Shown in pieces: positions 62,543 through 64,000 of a stretch of DNA of 64,000 bases. A model generated the notes under the pieces. It was not told the origin of the DNA. It saw only the letters and a program-made list of their open reading frames with translations, and did not search any database. Both the position numbers and the translations under genes were made by a program. The DNA lies in NCBI GenBank assembly GCA_003140855.1, contig PLLF01000111.1:36411-100410 (forward strand). The letters run 5' to 3'. Source of the stretch: Vulcanimicrobiota bacterium (lineage in GTDB: Bacteria; Vulcanimicrobiota; Vulcanimicrobiia; Vulcanimicrobiales; Vulcanimicrobiaceae). Every line of letters starts with the position of its first letter. Within the stretch, counting starts at the first letter, position 1.

Positions 62543-63577
62543 TTATGCCTCTACCCGGCGCCATTGCAGCACCGCAAGAGAAAGATAGACAATGGTCAGG
62601 GCGAGCAGCAGTACCGTGGAGATCCCGAGCGGGCCGAGGGGCGTGACCTGCATACCGCTCATTCCGGCCGAACCATGGAAGGAAAGGTGCACGTACTCTA
62701 TGGGATCGATATAGGCAAGCGGCTGGAATATCCAGTGAATGGCGCGGCCTATGTCGCTGCTGCTGGACGCCGTGCCTTCCGCAATGCCCGGGATGGCGAG
62801 CGCGGCGAGCCAGCCCAAGCCGCAGACCATTCCAAGACCGCGTTTCAGCGACGCACTAAAGGCCGTCAAACATGCATACCAAGCCAACGGACCGAGGAGC
62901 GCGAGGGTGATCGCCAGCAGCGTATACGCATCGGCATAAAACGTCGGCCAGACGAACATCGCACAGACGATCAAGATCAGCAGAATTGCGGCGAACTGCG
63001 AGACAACGATCGTCACCATGTCGGTCGCGATTGATGCCAACGCTAGACGGTCGCGCGAAACCGGTTTGGTCCAAGCGAGCTCGAGATGTCCGTCATTTTC
63101 CTTTGCAAGAACTCCGCCGAGCATCGTCGCCGTGATCAACGCGATCACTTCGGCAATTGCAAAGAGCATGGCGACGGGAATGTTGGCGGTCACGTCATGG
63201 GTCAGGACGACGTGCGTCATGCCGGATCTTTGATTCCGATCAATGCTCGAACGGCCCAGCGAGAAATTGTTATGGCTCATCGGATCCGAACTGGGCATCG
63301 TCGCATCCATGTGGAAGAGGCGTCCGTGCCGGTCGATGACTGCGTGAATGTTCTTGACGGGATCGTTCACGGTCGTCTCAATCGTACCGTCGGCAAGCGT
63401 CTTGGTCGTAACGTGAGCCGTCGCTGAAGACTGCATGGCGATGGCCACGGCGGCGGGGTCGTGCTCGCTCAACGCCCACAAGCGAACCACGATTGCAATC
63501 GCCAAAAAGATCCCCAAAATGATCGCGATGACGCGCAGCGCGCGCATCCCCCGTAAAACTTCCGCGTAATAATACAT
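62543..63577 (-). CDS. ABC-2-type permease-like membrane protein, tandem paralog 1
   Basis: 344 aa with the same architecture as paralog 2. Its ATG overlaps the stop of the upstream ABC ATPase by 1 nt. Confidence 0.6.
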   Translation of the reverse strand: MYYYAEVLRGMRALRVIAIILGIFLAIAIVVRLWALSEHDPAAVAIAMQSSATAHVTTKTLADGTIETTVNDPVKNIHAVIDRHGRLFHMDATMPSSDPMSHNNFSLGRSSIDRNQRSGMTHVVLTHDVTANIPVAMLFAIAEVIALITATMLGGVLAKENDGHLELAWTKPVSRDRLALASIATDMVTIVVSQFAAILLILIVCAMFVWPTFYADAYTLLAITLALLGPLAWYACLTAFSASLKRGLGMVCGLGWLAALAIPGIAEGTASSSSDIGRAIHWIFQPLAYIDPIEYVHLSFHGSAGMSGMQVTPLGPLGISTVLLLALTIVYLSLAVLQWRRVEA

Positions 63578-64000
63578 TAGCGAACTTCCACGACGTCGGC
63601 GGTCTGTGAACCAGGCGAGACGGCGTTCAAGAAGATGTCTTCCAAATTCAGATCCACGATGCGCACGCTTTGCGCGCCCATCTGTGCAAGGGTTTCTGCC
63701 AGCCCTCCGCCATCGGCGGTTACGGTGAGGCGCAGAATGCGGCCGGACTGATCGAGTCGTTCGATCCGCGAATCGCGGCGCAAGCCGTCGAGTGCGATCG
63801 TTTCCGACGGAAAAATGCCCTCAACGATCTTGCGATCGGATTTCAGGTCGTCCACGGCGCCGGCAAGGATCACGCGCCCTTGCTGAAGGACCGCGATGTG
63901 ATCGGCGGCGCGCTCGACTTGCCCGATTTGGTGCGAAGAGAGCACGACGGTGGCGCCTTGCGCGGCACTCTCGATGATCAAATTCAAAACGGCGCGCTGA
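63577..64000 (-). CDS. ABC transporter ATP-binding protein, C-terminal part (truncated by the window edge)
   Basis: The frame is open to position 64000. GATVVLSSHQIGQVERAADHIAVLQQGRV covers the D-loop / H-loop region. An approximately 90-aa C-terminal accessory domain follows. Confidence 0.8.
   Translation of the reverse strand, partial: QRAVLNLIIESAAQGATVVLSSHQIGQVERAADHIAVLQQGRVILAGAVDDLKSDRKIVEGIFPSETIALDGLRRDSRIERLDQSGRILRLTVTADGGGLAETLAQMGAQSVRIVDLNLEDIFLNAVSPGSQTADVVEVR

Noticed and set aside
1-64000. Search for mobile elements, toxin-antitoxin pairs, restriction-modification, CRISPR-Cas or other known defence genes
   Set aside because: I recognised no transposase, integrase, recombinase, phage structural, Cas, methyltransferase/endonuclease or typical TA motifs in any frame. 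The window appears to be core chromosome with a few AT-richer insertions.

Overview
GC-rich bacterial chromosomal window, roughly 60-65% GC by eye, densely packed with about 68 protein genes. I found no rRNA, tRNA, CRISPR array, transposase, integrase or phage gene. The content is mostly housekeeping and respiratory. (1) 0.2-5.4 kb: tatC, System II cytochrome c biogenesis (resB, ccsA), and a Rieske / cytochrome b complex whose cytochrome b carries a C-terminal c-type haem domain. (2) 7.9-16.8 kb: one tightly coupled tetrapyrrole operon (sirC-hemC-miniHemD fusion, hemB, a MobA-like gene, hemL, rex, hemA, cobA-hemD, DUF92). (3) 17.8-24.8 kb: arginase, an AI-2E-family transporter, and a BMP-type ABC importer. 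(4) 24.8-38.4 kb: mixed genes (beta-lactamase-like, ilvE, beta-propeller-phosphoesterase, fdhD, polX, NAPRTase, DJ-1, SDRs). (5) rpsO at 38.5 kb and pnp at 53.6 kb lie on the same strand but about 14.8 kb apart. The interval holds split transketolase and a two-component-linked envelope copper/redox operon (Lipoprotein_15 protein, SCO1, cupredoxin, a CXXCH-bearing putative beta-barrel, RR, HK). (6) 56-64 kb: UbiD/UbiA pair, LivJ-like binding protein, DUF4386, and two tandem paralogous permease-like genes behind a truncated ABC ATPase. I see no clear novel system. The candidates most worth follow-up are the CXXCH barrel in the copper operon, a catalytically degenerate ABC-ATPase module after NAPRTase, the duplicated permease pair, a short repeat element bracketing an AT-richer cassette, and the SirC-HemC-half-HemD fusion. 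All function calls rest on motif recognition by eye and were not checked against any database.
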